The notes beneath the pieces were generated by a model, which did not search any database, was not told where the DNA came from, and saw nothing but the letters and a program-made list of their open reading frames with translations. Shown piece by piece: positions 25,813-40,324 of a stretch of DNA of 64,000 nt (position 1 is the stretch's first letter; the number at the start of each line of letters is the position of its first letter). The translations under genes and the position numbers were made by a program. The stretch lies in NCBI RefSeq assembly GCF_009914755.1, contig NC_060938.1. One strand, written 5' to 3'. Origin of the DNA: the human T2T-CHM13v2.0 reference genome, Homo sapiens.

Positions 25813-26659
25813 AGGGAATGGAATGGAATGAGCAGTCACTCTCAGCAGTGAGAGTCACCAGTTTTAGAGGACCTGTGCCTCTGCATTGCGACCTGGAGAC
25901 CACACAACTGCTGTCGGGAAGGATGGCTCTTCCAAGCCTGGCCTTCCCAAGATGCCCACAGGTCCACCCGCTCCTCTCATCTGCCCATTGGGCAGTTATG
26001 CCCCAGATGACATGGGGATCCCCACAGCCCATGCCCCCCTGCAGCAAGAACCTGGAAGTCATCACTGGCTTCTGCGTCCCTGGCCTCTATGAGTATCCAT
26101 CAGCCTCACTCAGAGGGAATGAGTCCTGACAACCTGCGAGCAGCTTTGTCCCCCAGATGCCTGTCCTGGAAATTTTTCCTCCAAGCGGCAGCTTGGCTCT
26201 GGGCTCAGGAGGGCCCGCATCAAAGGCCTGGCTGTGCCTGGCTGACAGGCGCTGGGGCTGGGCCAGCGTCCACGCCTGTATTCCCAAATGCTCCCAAACA
26301 TCCTGGCAAATCAATCTGAACTCTCCACGTGTCTCCCCACATCGTTTGGACAGCCAGCAACCCGATGTCATCACCTGTTCAAAAGCATTAAAGCTATTCT
26401 CAGAGCTGGGCTCCAGGGGACTCTCACTGAGCTGATGTTTTCTCAGAGCCCTGTACCTGCGCTGGGGTTCACTGAGTTTTTGGCCTGGCTACTGAAAACC
26501 ACTCTGCCAGCTGTTCTGTTCAACAGAAGAACAACAAAATAAATACATTCCCAGTGACCAGAGGACAACTCAGCAAGCAGCGACCTGAAAAATAATCTAG
26601 AACAAGCAAAGAGTCAACCAAAAGATATCCACGTGACATTTATGAAATGCCTAATAAAA

Positions 26660-27210
26660 ATAGCTACCACTTCTGCAGCACTTGTTATGTGTCAGGCAGG
26701 CACTGTGCTTAGGGCTTTAGAGACAGTATCGTATCCAATCTTGGTAAGTTCAAGGTAGGGCCTACTCTTTTTCCCATTTCATTTATTTATTTATTTTTGA
26801 GACAGGATCTTACTCTATTGTCCAGGCTGGAGTATAGTGGTGTGATCATGGCTCACTGCAGCCTCATCCTCTCCAGGCTCAAGTGATCCTTCCACCTCAG
26901 CCTTCCGAGTAGCTGGGACTACAGGTATGTGCCACCATGCCCGGCTAATTTTTGTATTTTTTCTAGAAACAGGGTCTCCCTATGTTGCCCAGTCTGGTCT
27001 CAAACTCCTGGATTCAAGCAATCCTCCTGCCTTGACCTCCAAAGTACTGGGGTTTCAGGCATGAGCTACTGTGCCCAGCCTCCCCATTTTCTGGATGAGA
27101 AAGTTGGCCTCAGAGAGTCAAGTCATGTGTCCAAGGCCACGCAGCTTGTTCTTCTGGGAGGTAGGAGCAAAACTAGGCCATGGTCTCAGAGCACAGCTCT
27201 TAACCACCCT
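26660..27210 (-). mobile_element. MIR split by AluJ
   Basis: tatgtgtcaggc..cactgtgcttagggcttt..cccattt [Alu] ccccattttctggatgagaaa..ggcctcagagag..ccaaggccacgcagc. Confidence 0.65.
26781..27080 (-). mobile_element. AluJ
   Basis: gatcatggctcactgcagcctc, gggtctccctatgttgccc. Confidence 0.92.
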
Positions 27211-27279
27211 GCAGTGACAGTGGCTCCCAGGCTCAGCCTGTGCCACCCAAACCAACTGCCCAGCGCATATGTGGCTCCC

Positions 27280-27659
27280 TGTATTAGTCTGTTCTCATGC
27301 TGCTAATAAAGACATACCCGAGACTGGCTAATTTATAAAGGAAATAAGTTTAATTGACTCACAGTTCAGTATGGCGGAGGAGGCCTCAGGAAACTTACAA
27401 TCATGGTGGAAGGTGAAGGAGAAGCAAATACGTCCTCTTCACGTGGCAGCAGCAAGGAGAAGTGCCAAACAAAGGGGAAAAGACCCCTTATAAAACCATC
27501 AGATCTCATGATAACTCTCTCACTATCAGGAGAACAGCATGGGGGTAACTGCTCCCATGATTCAATTACCTCCCGCCAGGTTGGTCCCATGGCACGTGGG
27601 GATTATGGGAACTACAATTCAAGATGAGATCTGGGTGGGGACACAGCCAAACCCTATTA
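27280..27659 (-). mobile_element. THE1C/D MaLR solo LTR
   Basis: tgtattagtctgttctcatgctgctaataaagacatacccgagactgg...caattcaagatgagat..ggtggggacacagccaaacc. Confidence 0.9.
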
Positions 27660-27959
27660 CCCACTGGGGTCTGGCACCTACAAGCCTGAAAGATCCAGAC
27701 ACTGATGAGGGAATGAAGTAGCCACATCCACCTAGCAAAAGGGTTCCGGTGTGACCCAGGAAAAGGAGCGGGAGGCATCTGCCCACTTCACCTCAATGCA
27801 GGAGTTTGGCAATGGAGCCCTAAACGTTACTTGGAATATGAATTCACAGGTAGCATAACTGGATGTTCCAGCTGGAAGGGCATGAGACAGGCTTTGCAGA
27901 GCCTAGAGCAGCCAAAGAGATGAGGTGGGGGTGGCTGGGAGAAGAAAGGAAACCTCGGA

Positions 27960-28120
27960 TACATTTTGTAAGTTGTGCCTCAATTTTCTGGAAAATGGGG
28001 ATAATGGCAGTGCCCACCTTGGGGGGTTGTTGTGAGGATTAAATGAGTTAGTGCCTGTGAAGAACTCACACAAGTGACTGGCACAGCAAATGCCCAGTGA
28101 GTGTCGGTTATGGTCATTGT
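27960..28120 (+). mobile_element. MIR
   Basis: tgtgcctcaattttc..aaaatggggataat..ggttgttgtgaggattaaatgagtta. Confidence 0.8.
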
Positions 28121-28223
28121 CACTAGTATCATCATGACCTCAGACCCTCTGAGTCCGGATTCATGACCACCATTCCCAACTTGGTATTCAACACACCTAC
28201 CTTATTACTTTGCACCTTATTAC

Positions 28224-28224
28224 T

Positions 28225-28267
<43 letters not shown>

Positions 28268-28549
28268 TTTGAGACAGGGTCTCACTCTGTCACCCAGGCT
28301 GGACTGCAGTGGCACCATCTCAGCTCACACTGCAGCCCTGACCTCCTGGGTTCCAGCGATCCTCCCACCTTAGCCTCCTGAGTAGCTGGAACTACAGGCA
28401 TGCATCAATATGCCTGGCTAATTTTTGTAATTTTTGTACAGCTAGGATTTCACTATGTTGCCCAGGCTGGAACTCCTGGGCTCAAGCAATCTGCCTGCCT
28501 TGGCCTCCCAAAGTGCTGAGATTATAGGCATGAGCCACTGTGCCGGACC
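28224..28549 (-). mobile_element. AluJ with (ATTT)n tail
   Basis: Alu dimer; approximate TSD tgcaccttatt / tgcatcttatt. Confidence 0.92.
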
Positions 28550-28877
28550 CCTGCATCTTATTTTAATAAATCCTCAGCCAGCCTTGTGACCTCGGAGTGC
28601 CAGAACTGGATTCGAGGCCCCACTTAGCAGCTGTACAACCCTGGGTTAGTCCCGTAAAACATTCAGTCTTTAAGCTCAGGGAGAATCACAAATCCACCAT
28701 GCTCAGTACAGAGGGCTCAATAAATGGCTAGTGTGTTTACAAGACCACAGAGGCGCGCAGAAGCTAAGGTTACACTACTAGAAAATGAAGGAGGAAAGAC
28801 TCACATCCAGGCCTCCCAGGGTCCATGCCCTTCACAGGAAAGCCCCCACTTCTATGAGCATGTTTAGAATAAACACA

Positions 28878-29766
<889 letters not shown>

Positions 29767-30327
29767 TGCATAGGTATGACTCCTGGCACAGTGCGTGCTA
29801 CAAAGAGGAGAAGGCACTACCTGTGAATCAGACCATCTGTGAGTATTTGCAATTGCCCAACCATATCAATTTCTCACTTTCACTTCCTGGTGAGTCATAT
29901 TCCGAGCAGCTGGCTAGGATCAGAAGAAACAAGGCATTCTTTTCATGCTCAGACAGAGCCCTGTTGAACGTTTACCTTCCTGAAGAAGGCAGAAAGAGGA
30001 AGGGCCTCCTAGTGACATTCTCCAGCCTTGAGGAAGAAGAAAATTCTGATTTAATGAGCTTGAGTTTGAATGTAATCAGATTTTCTCTATAGCAACAGCT
30101 CCACAACACAATCCTCTTGGCAGCTGCAACAACCAGCCATCTCCTGATGAAACCAGACATCTCACACACGGGCCACTGGAGAAGCCACCGTCGAGGCACA
30201 AGATGCCAGAGGATGGGACCACCCCACCTGGTCATCAGCTTTAGATTTGAGTGGGAGTAAGCAGGTAGTGCCACAGTCCTTTGATTTGGGAATTTACAAA
30301 TGCGTATCTAAAAGTATGCTTCCCCTG

Positions 30328-32535
30328 AATTGAAAGTCTTTCCTCTAAGATCTGGAACGAGACAAGGATGTCCACTGTCATTACTTTTATTCAGCATAGT
30401 ACTGGAAGTCCTAGCTAGAGCAATTAGGCAAAAGAAAGAAACGAAGGGCATCCAAATGGAAAACGAAGTCAAGTTATCCTTGTCTTTAAATATAAAACAA
30501 CATAATCTTGCATTTAGAAAAACCTAAAGACTCCACCAAAAAATGTTAGAACTGATAAATTCAGTAAAGTTGTAGAATACAAAACCAACATACAAAAATC
30601 AGTAGCATTTATATGACGAAAGCAAACAATCTGAAAAAGAAATCAAGAAAGCAATCCCATTTACAATAGCTATAAAAATATAAAATACCTAGGTATAGAT
30701 TTTGCCAAGTGAAAGATGGCTACAAGGAAAACTATAAAACACTGATGAAAGAAACTGAAGAAGACAAAACAATGGAAAGATATTCCATGTTCATGGATTG
30801 GAAGAATTAATATATTAAAATGTCAAGATCACCCAAAGTGATTTACAGACTCAGTGCAATCCCTATCAAAATACCAATGACTTTCTTCATGGAAATATAA
30901 AAAAATTCTAAAATTTCTAAAAATTCACAAAAGACCCTGAATAGCCAACGCACTCTTAAGCAAAAAGAACACAGTTGGAGGCATCACACTATCTGACTTC
31001 AAAATACAGTACAAAGCCAAGTAACCAAAACAGCATGGTAACTGGCATAAAAAAAGACACAAAGACCAATGAAACAGAATAGAGAACCCAGAAATAAATC
31101 ATGAATTTACAGCCAACTTATTTTTGACAAAGGGGCCAAAATGGGGAAAGGGCAGTCTCTTTAATAAGTGGTGCTGGGAAAATTGCATAACCATATGCCA
31201 AAGAATAAAGCTAGACTCCTATTTCTGAGCATACAAAAATCAAATCAAAATGAACTAAAGACTTTAAGACCTAAAACTATGAACCCACTAAAAGAAAACA
31301 TTGAGGAAATGCTCCAGGACATTGGTTTGGGCAAAGATTTTTTGAAAAAGACCTTAAAAGAACAGGGAACAAAAGAAAAAATAGACAATTGGGATCACAT
31401 CAAGCTAAAAAGCTTCTTCACAGCAAAGGAAACAATCAACAAAGTGAAGAGACAACATACAGAATGGGAGAAAATATTTGCAAACCATCCATCTGATAAG
31501 GGATTAATAACAAGAATATGCAAAGAACTCAAACACCCCAACAGAAAAAGAAACCCCCAAGTAATCCAATTATAAAATGGGCAAAGGACACAAGTAGACA
31601 TTTCTTAAGAGAATACATACAAACGGCCAACAGGCATATGAATAAAGTGCTCAACATCACTAATCATCAGGGAAACGCAAATTGAAACCACAGTGAGATA
31701 TCATCTCACCCCAGTTAAAATGGCTCTTAACCAAAAGACAGGAAATAACGGATGCTGGTGAGAATGTGGAGAAAGGGGAGCCCTCATACACTGTTGCTAG
31801 AATGTAAATTAACACAGCCACTATGAAGATTCGTCAAAAAACTAAAAATAGAAGTACCTTATGATCCAGCAATCCCACAACTGGGTAAATATCCAAAACA
31901 AAGGAAGTCAATACATCAAAGAAATATCTACACTCTCATATTTATTTCAGCACTATTCACAATAGCCAAAATATGGAATCAACCTACGTGCCCATCCACA
32001 GATAAATGAATAAAGAAAATGTGCTATATATACACACAATGGAATATTATTCGGCCATAAAAAAGAAATCCTGTCGGTTGCAGCAATATGGATGAAACTG
32101 GAGATCATTATGTTAAGTTAAACAACCAGGCATAAAAAGACAAATATCACATGTTCTCACTCATGTGTGGGAGCTAAGAAAGGATCTCATGAAAATAGAA
32201 AATGAATTTATGGTTATCAGAGGCCAGGAAGGAGAGAGGGGAGAGGGGATGAAGAGAAGTTGATTAATGGGTATAAAAATTCCGTTGGATAAAAGGAATA
32301 AGACCTAGTGTTCAATAGTTCAGTACAGTGACTATGGTTGATAATAATCTCTTATATATTTCAAAATAGCTAGAAGAGAAAAATTTGAAGCACAAAGAGA
32401 AGATAAATGTTTGAGGTGATGGATACCCCAATTGCCCCGGTTTGATCATTATACATTATATGAATATATCAAAATATTGCACATACCCTGAAAATATGTG
32501 TATCGTTTATGTAACAATTTTGTAAAAATAATAAA
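30328..32535 (+). mobile_element. 5'-truncated L1MA (L1MA3/4-like): disrupted ORF2 3' half plus 3' UTR
   Basis: ORFs 30330-30527 ([14 protein letters not shown]...[10 protein letters not shown]) and 31168-31575 (DIGLGKDF...WDHIKLKSF...EWEKIFAN) are L1 ORF2p; L1MA-type 3' UTR; many stops and frameshifts. Confidence 0.93.
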
Positions 32536-33370
<835 letters not shown>

Positions 33371-34489
33371 AATAAAAACTCTTCATCCACCAAGACGTTA
33401 ATCAAATATATGCCTGTGCTTATATTTAGTTTTAATTATTGTCAGACATAACATCCTTTTTGTATTCTTAATGTTTTATGAGCATTACAATAAAAAATCT
33501 TATGATTTCTACTGTGTTATATATGAATGTATTAAACAATTACATGTAAAATATCTTTATGTATTTTCACATTTCTATCTTTACCTCATTTATTTTTATA
33601 TGATATTCAATATGAGTATAATATCATTGTTCTTCAAATGGGAAAATAATATGCTTCACCTCTGAGTGGTACATCTACGGAAAGGTGGTCAGATGGCCAG
33701 ACCCAAGTCACAGCTAAAAGGGCTTTCCCCAGCTCATGAGCTGTGACAAGGTCATTGTGCTTTATGTTCATATTTGGCCTTTTGAGTCTCAATGGACTCC
33801 TGCTTGACAGTAATTGACACCTTGGTTGCGGCCCATAGGCTCTGCCAACCTGAACCCCACCAGGCTCCTTCCTGGATGCCCAAGCCCCAGCATCAGCCTG
33901 GCTGACCCCAGCTGCCTGGCACCAAAGGCTCCCACTGGCCCCCACAGCATGGAGATACTGCTGGGAGGTAACCATATCTCCAGGGTCCTGACTCTAGGTG
34001 GGTCACATGATGAATTCTGGACACTGGAATGGGAGGTAAGGGGTGTGTGTCCTCTCCGGCCTGGCCCCTGCACCTCACATGAGCTCCTCCCCCACCCCAA
34101 TCCACAGGCTGGAGGTTGGTGCCTGTCCCTGCATGCCCCTGCAGTGGACTTCATGAGAGAGAAAATTAACTTCTACTATGTTAAACCACCGCGATTCGGA
34201 GACTCAGCTAGCGTTCCCTTAACAACACACTTCCATTTTAGGAATAAGAAAACAGAACCTAAGAAGGTAAAATGGCTTGGCCAGGGTCAGACAGCCAGGG
34301 AGGGGAAGAGCCAGGGCCAGGACTCGGGCACTTAGCAGGGAATCTCCTCCCACGATGTGCCATGTCTGCCTGCCAAGCTATGGTCCAGTTCATGCTGTCT
34401 TTGTTGACCATCTCCCCATCCATCACCTCATTCAATTTTTAAAGGAAATTCTATTAAAAATAACTTATTTCCCAAGCCAAGTGCCTCAC

Positions 34490-35545
34490 TCATTTTTTTT
34501 TAAGATATAATTCACATGCAATATAATACACCTATTTAAAGCCCATAGCTCAGTGGTATCTAGTCTATGCACAGAGTTGTATAACCATACCACAATCTAA
34601 TTTTAGAACACACTCACCAAAAATACATTCGATTACCCATTAGCTGTCATTCTCCATTCTCCACCTTCCCCTCAGCAGCTTCAGGCAAACACTAATAGAC
34701 CTTCTAGCTCCATTGATCTGGAACATTTCATATAAATGGAATCATATAATATGTGGCCTTTTGGACTGGCTTCTTTTAGCATAATGTTTTCAAGGTTCAT
34801 CCATATTATAGGACGTTTTCAAGGTTTATCCATGGAACAGCATGCATCAGTACTTCCTTTCTTTTTATTGCAGATTAATATTCCAAGTATGACTATACCA
34901 CATTTTCTTTCTTCATTCACCAGTTGATAGATGTTGGGTTGCATCCACATTCTGCCTACCATGAATAATTCTGCCATGCTGCTATAAACATTTGCATTCA
35001 TTTTTTTTACATGGAGGTCTGTTTTCATTTCTCCTGGGTATACACCTAGGAGTAGAATTTCTGGATTCTATGGTAATGGTATGTGTGACATTTTGAGAAA
35101 CGGACAGACTGTTTTCTAAAAGCAACTGTTTTATATTTCCTCTAGCAGTGCATTGGGGTTCTAATTTTTCCACATCCTTGAGAACACTTGTAATGGTCTC
35201 TTTTATTTTAGCCATTGTTTGTGGATGTGAAGTGGCATATCATTATTAAGTGGTACTTCATTTCCACGATGACTAATGATGTTCAACATTTTTCATGTGC
35301 TTATTGGTAATTCGTGTATCTTCTATGAAGAAATATCTACTCAAATCCTTTGCCCATTTTTAAACTGGGTTGTTTATCTATTACGGAGATGCAAGAGTTC
35401 TTTATTCATTGTGGATACAGTCCCTTATCAGATATACAATTTGCAAATATTTTCTCTCAGTCTGTGGGTTATCATTTTACTTTCGTGATGGTATCCTTTA
35501 AAGCACAAGAGTTTTTAATTTTGATGAAACCTGATTCAACTATTC
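34490..35545 (-). mobile_element. L1MB 3' region
   Basis: agatataattcacat...catttcatataaatggaatcata...tatacacctaggagtagaattt...tttgcaaatattttctc. Confidence 0.85.
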
Positions 35546-35869
35546 CTGATAAGCCAAATTATTCTGAACGATTCAGTCCCAGAACAGCAGCCGTGTTCTC
35601 CCGACCTGTCTAGAGAGGCCACATTCCTGAGAGCCACGAAGACAGCACCAAAGGCCCTGGGGTCCCCTCTCCTTTTACCTCATTTCAGAAGGGTTTTCTA
35701 CCAGGGAACAAAGTTGGTCTGAAGATACAAATGATGATCACAGAATGAAATACTATGCAGTCACTAAAATTATCATGCAGATCTACCAACTGGCAGCAGG
35801 TTTAAATAAAGTAAAAGGACAAGAGAACAGAGTAGTATGTAGGGTATAAGGCCTGTCTTTTTCATTTCC

Positions 35870-36290
35870 CTGAGTTGAGGCACGATTCAGTGCTGTAAAA
35901 TGTGTGAAAGTTAAGTGTCTTGCTCAATGAATTTTAGCCTGTATATCTATCTGCATAACTACCACTCAGATCAAGAATACAGAACATTTGCATCACCCCA
36001 GAATGTTCTCTTTGCCTCTTTCCAGTCTGTCTCCACTCCGTGCCTACCAAAGGTATGCACTATCTTGACTTCTATCATCATAGATTAAATGTACCTGTTC
36101 CTGAACTTCATCTACATGGAATCACACAGTTTGTGCCTGTCGGTTTTGTTCCATTAACAATTTTGAGACTCATCTGTGTTACTGTATTAACAGGCTGGTC
36201 CTTTTACTGCTATGAATTATTCCACAGTGTGACTATTATGCAATTAATCTATCCCTTCTCTGTTGATGGGCATGCATCTTGTCCCAGAGA
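35870..36290 (-). mobile_element. L1ME/MC 3' fragment
   Basis: accactcagatcaagaatacagaacattt..catcaccccagaa..tgaacttcatctacatggaatcac. Confidence 0.7.
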
Positions 36291-36844
36291 AAATATAAAC
36301 ATTTGAATGGAGAAAAGTGTGAAAAGAAAAATGCCAAAGTGTACAAGACGTTTCGTTTGTGGGTAGGGCGAGGCCCTCAGCCTACTGGTGGCAAAACCGA
36401 GGAAGGACAAGTAGAAGGCTGGAGCAGGCTCTGGAGAAAGGCAGACACTGAGCCGGAGGAGGAGCCTGCCAGGAGGGTGTGGGCTGAGGAGCTGGAAGGG
36501 GAGAGGGGAGGAGGGCACTCCAGGAAGAGGAGGAGGAGGGTATTAGAGGGATCCTGGCTGCTGTAACACATAAGCCCCAAACCTCACTGGGACCCAGGAA
36601 CAGAATGGGGTGGGAGAGAAGTTCCAGAACACCCAGAGATGAAGTCAGCCATTCATCCACATGCTCAACAGGCTTCTCCTGCACACCTACTATGCACAAG
36701 GCCCTATGCCAGGGGCCCGGAATCTCAAGCATTCAGGCAGTGAACTCACTGGACAATTGTGACATCTGGAGTAACATTCAAAGTTTGAAGTTTGGATATA
36801 GATTCACATTTAGTACGACAATACACCAGCCATATGTTGTGAGT

Positions 36845-37040
36845 GCTTCATTCTTCCTTAATTTAACCAACAGTTGAGTCCAGCTGTGTGCCAAGCTCTT
36901 GACTAGATGCTAAGAAGCAAGGTGGCCCTGGCTCCTGCCTGCACGGAGTTCATGGTGTAGTGGGACAGAAGAAAGACCAAACTCAAGCTGATTAATAAAA
37001 TAATTGTAAGTTGTTTCTATGCGCTCCCAAGGGAAAACGT
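36845..37040 (-). mobile_element. L2 fragment
   Basis: ttcattc..ctgtgtgccaagctc..ctagatgct..cctgcctgcacggagttcatggtgtagtgggacag. Confidence 0.55.
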
Positions 37041-38914
37041 TGGGGCCAAGATATTGAAAACCTCCCTTGTTCATTTATTATTTTTGAATAGACAAACACT
37101 TGCATGGTTCAAAATTCCAAAAATGTAATAAAAGGGAATGCAGTGATGTCTCCCTTCCATCCCTCTCTGCAGCCAGCCGCTTTCCCTTCCCCAAAGCAAA
37201 CAATGCAGTAGTGGTTGTGTGAGTCCTTAATGAAATATTTTACACTTCTATGAAGAAAATGCATATGCATGCCTACACCCTCCCCTACACACTATTTAGC
37301 ATGCTCTAAAGGGCTGATCCACGGACAGTGAGGATGAGTCAGCCCTGCAAATTATGATGGAAAGCAGCCCTGCAAATTGTGATGGAAAGGACATTCCAGA
37401 AAGAGACACCAGCAGGTGAGAAGCCCCAGAGGATGTTCAGAAGGCTTAGAGGCGACAGTGTGGAGAGTTGGGCTGTCTGGCCCAGGACCGCTCTGGGGAG
37501 ATTCCTGCTCCACAGAGGCCAGGCCTGGGGTGAGTCAATGGATCCACTACCCGCCCCACTCCAGAGGCCACACGTCAAGAAGGGCTCCTCCCTATTCACT
37601 CCTACCCTGGAGGATTCCTCACAGGGAGAAGAAGGAGAAGGAGTTTATGAGGCTATAGTTCACTTATGATGCTGCACAGCCAACTTCCGTCATCTGATAG
37701 GGCCTAACACTCCAATCTGTGGCTGGTTCACCCCTAAATAAACACTACTCCCAGTGCAGTAAGCCATGCTCAGGAAAGGCCCTGAAAGGCTCATCAGTGC
37801 TTGTGATGGTGCCGTAATAACCACAGACTTATTCTGCACCCGGCCCCTGCAGCAATGTCCAGGGAATTTAATAACCTTGGGTATCTTACCCCCGCCATTA
37901 GGGGAGGTGAAGAAAGAAGGTGGGTGAACGTGAGTGTGTTTTTGACATATAGCTCTGCAAAGCCTGCCCTCTGCCCTTCCGTGCCTGAGTGTCTCCACTT
38001 TGTTGACACACTTTAGGTCAACAATAAAAGCCACACACTCTTAAGGCCTCCCTGCTTCCCAAAGCCAATCCTATAGATAAACCGATCGTACATGAACCTC
38101 ATGAACCTCATTCAGACCTACGACACGCTCCTCCCAGCCAGTCCAGCCTGCACTTGGAAACTCACAACGCTGGGTCACGCTCAACTCAGCTGTCTGATTC
38201 TGAACCTGGCATCCCCTTCGGTTATTAAACAAAGAACGGGTCCTTTACCGATGTAGTTCTCAGTGTCATTACCCGGGTTCTGGCTTATCAATAGGTTTCC
38301 CATGTTTTATTGTGATTTCTATATTTCTCAGCTATTACCATTTTACTTTCCCTAATTTGCCATCCAGACCTTCCCCTGTTACTTTCTTTGCTCCCGCTTG
38401 GTTTCTCCTGAACGTGTTTAGCCGTGAGCTCTCTGCGCACCCAGATTCCCCCGTCTCCTCTGGTTTTGGTTTCCATCGTTCTGCTTGGAAATGCCTGTCT
38501 TTTCTCTTTCCCCATCAGACCACATATGGTCTAACCACACCTTATGAACTTCCCAGGGCTACGTGGCACCTAGCACACGAAGTCAGGAGGTATTCTTATT
38601 ACCACCCCTGCCCATGCACAGCAGCCACAGGCTGTGTCGTGTGTCAGCTGTCATCATGTTAATTGTGGTCAAGTAGCAAACAGCCCTGGAGAGCTGTGGT
38701 CCCTCTGCCCAGCACAGCTGCAGGTATCACTCCCCATCAGGTTCCTGGCACCTGGCCCTGGTCGCTGGATAGAAGGGAAGCGTCCCCAAAGCTCACACCC
38801 AGCACGCTGCCTCGTAAGAACATCTCTAAACCCTGTGTGGCTCCTTGAAGGGAAGACCCTGACTGCCTTCTCATTCTTGTGTGTGTCTTGCAGTATTATT
38901 ATATGATAGTCACA

Positions 38915-39212
38915 GCCGGGCGCGGTGGCTCACGCCTGTAATCCCAGCACTTTGGGAGGCCAAAGCGGGCGGATCACCAGGTCAAGAGATCAAGACCATC
39001 TTGGCCAACAAGGTGAAACCCTGTCTCTACTAAAAATACAAAAATTAGCTGGGCTTGGTGGCAGGCGCCTGTAGTCCTAGCTACTCAGGAGACTGAAGCA
39101 GGAGAATCGCTTGAACCCAGGGGGGCAGAGGTTGCAGTGAGATGAGATAGCACCACTGCACTCCAGCCTGACGACAGGGCAACACTCTGTCTCAAAAAAA
39201 AAAAAAAAAAAA
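38915..39212 (+). mobile_element. AluSc
   Basis: aggtcaagagatcaagaccatc and ctccagcctgacgacag; poly-A tail. Confidence 0.95.
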
Positions 39213-39367
39213 GTCACTCATTCCTTCAACAAATATTTACTGACCCTTACTGTAGGCCAGATAGTGGTCTAGCCCTGGAGGTACATATACCCAAGAAAGG
39301 CATCTCACAGATGACGCAGATTAAAAATCCCAGACTCAGGGCACTTGCGGTCTCGTATGAAGACAGA
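39213..39367 (-). mobile_element. L2 3' end (host of the MER41 insertion)
   Basis: tcactcattccttcaacaaatatttactga..ttactgtaggccag. Confidence 0.65.
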
Positions 39368-40301
39368 TGTCAGAGGCATTCAAACCAGAGTAACTCCATC
39401 TTGAATAGGGGCTGGGTAAAATTAGGCTGAGACCTACAGGGCTGCATTGCCCTGAGGTTAGGCATTCTTAGCCACCGGATAAGACAGGAGGCCGGTGCAA
39501 GACACCTGTCACAAAGACCCCACTGATAAAACAGGATGCTGTAAGGAGGTTGGCCAAAACCTCCCCAAACTAAAATGACAATGAAAGTGACCTTTGGCCA
39601 TCCTGACTGCTCATTAGATGCTAATTATAATGCATTAGTATGCTACAAGACACTCCCACCAGCACCATGACAGTTTACAAATGCCATGACAACGTCTGGA
39701 AGTTACCCCATATGGTCTAAAAAGGGGAGGAAAACTCAGTTCCAGAAACTGCCCACCCTTTCCTGAAAACTCATAAATAATCCACGCCTTCTTTAGCATA
39801 TAATCAAGAAATAACCATAAAAATCGCCAACCCACAGTCCTCTGGACCACACTGCCTATTGGAGTAGCCATTTGTTTATTCCTTTACTTTCTTTCTGAAA
39901 CAGTTTCACTTTCATCACCTAGACTGCAGTGCAATGGCGTGACGTCGGCTCACTGGAACCTCTGCCTCCCATGCTCAAGTGATTCTCCTGCCTCAGCCTC
40001 CTGAGTAGCTGGGATTACAGGCGCATGCCACCATGCCTGGCTAATTTTTGTATTTTTTGTAGAGATGGGGATTTGCCATGTTGCCTAGGTTGGTCTCGAG
40101 CACCTGAGCTCAAGTGATCCGCCCACCTCAGCCTCCCAAAGTGCTGGGATTACAGGCATGAGCCACCATGCCTGGCCTTTTTCCTTTACTTTCTTAATAA
40201 ACTTGCTTCGCTTTACTCAGTGAACTCACCCTGAAGTCTTTCTTGCGTGAGATCCAAGAACTCTCTCTTGGGGTCTGAACTGGGACCCCTTTCCAGTAAC
40301 A
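39368..40301 (+). mobile_element. MER41B LTR (ERV1, MER4 group), 5' LTR, interrupted by an Alu
   Basis: TGtcagaggc..ctccatcttgaataggggctgggtaaaa...gacagtttacaaatgccatg...gagatccaagaa..ccctttccagtaaCA matches the MER41B consensus. Confidence 0.92.
39894..40177 (-). mobile_element. Alu (Jb/Sz-like), nearly tail-less
   Basis: TSD ttcctttactttctt on both sides; just upstream of the LTR AATAAA (40196-40201). Confidence 0.9.
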
Positions 40302-40307
40302 CCTTCC

Positions 40308-40324
40308 TGGCAAACCACGAAGGG
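40308..40324 (+). other. Retroviral primer-binding site, tRNA-Arg(TCG)-like
   Basis: TGGCAAACCACGAAGGG just after the LTR end; complementary to the 3' end of tRNA-Arg-TCG (...CCCTTCGTGGTTGCCA) with one extra A. Confidence 0.6.

Noticed and set aside
30330-31575. Reverse-transcriptase-like ORFs
   Set aside because: Broken L1 ORF2 remnants in a 5'-truncated old L1MA, not a functional gene.
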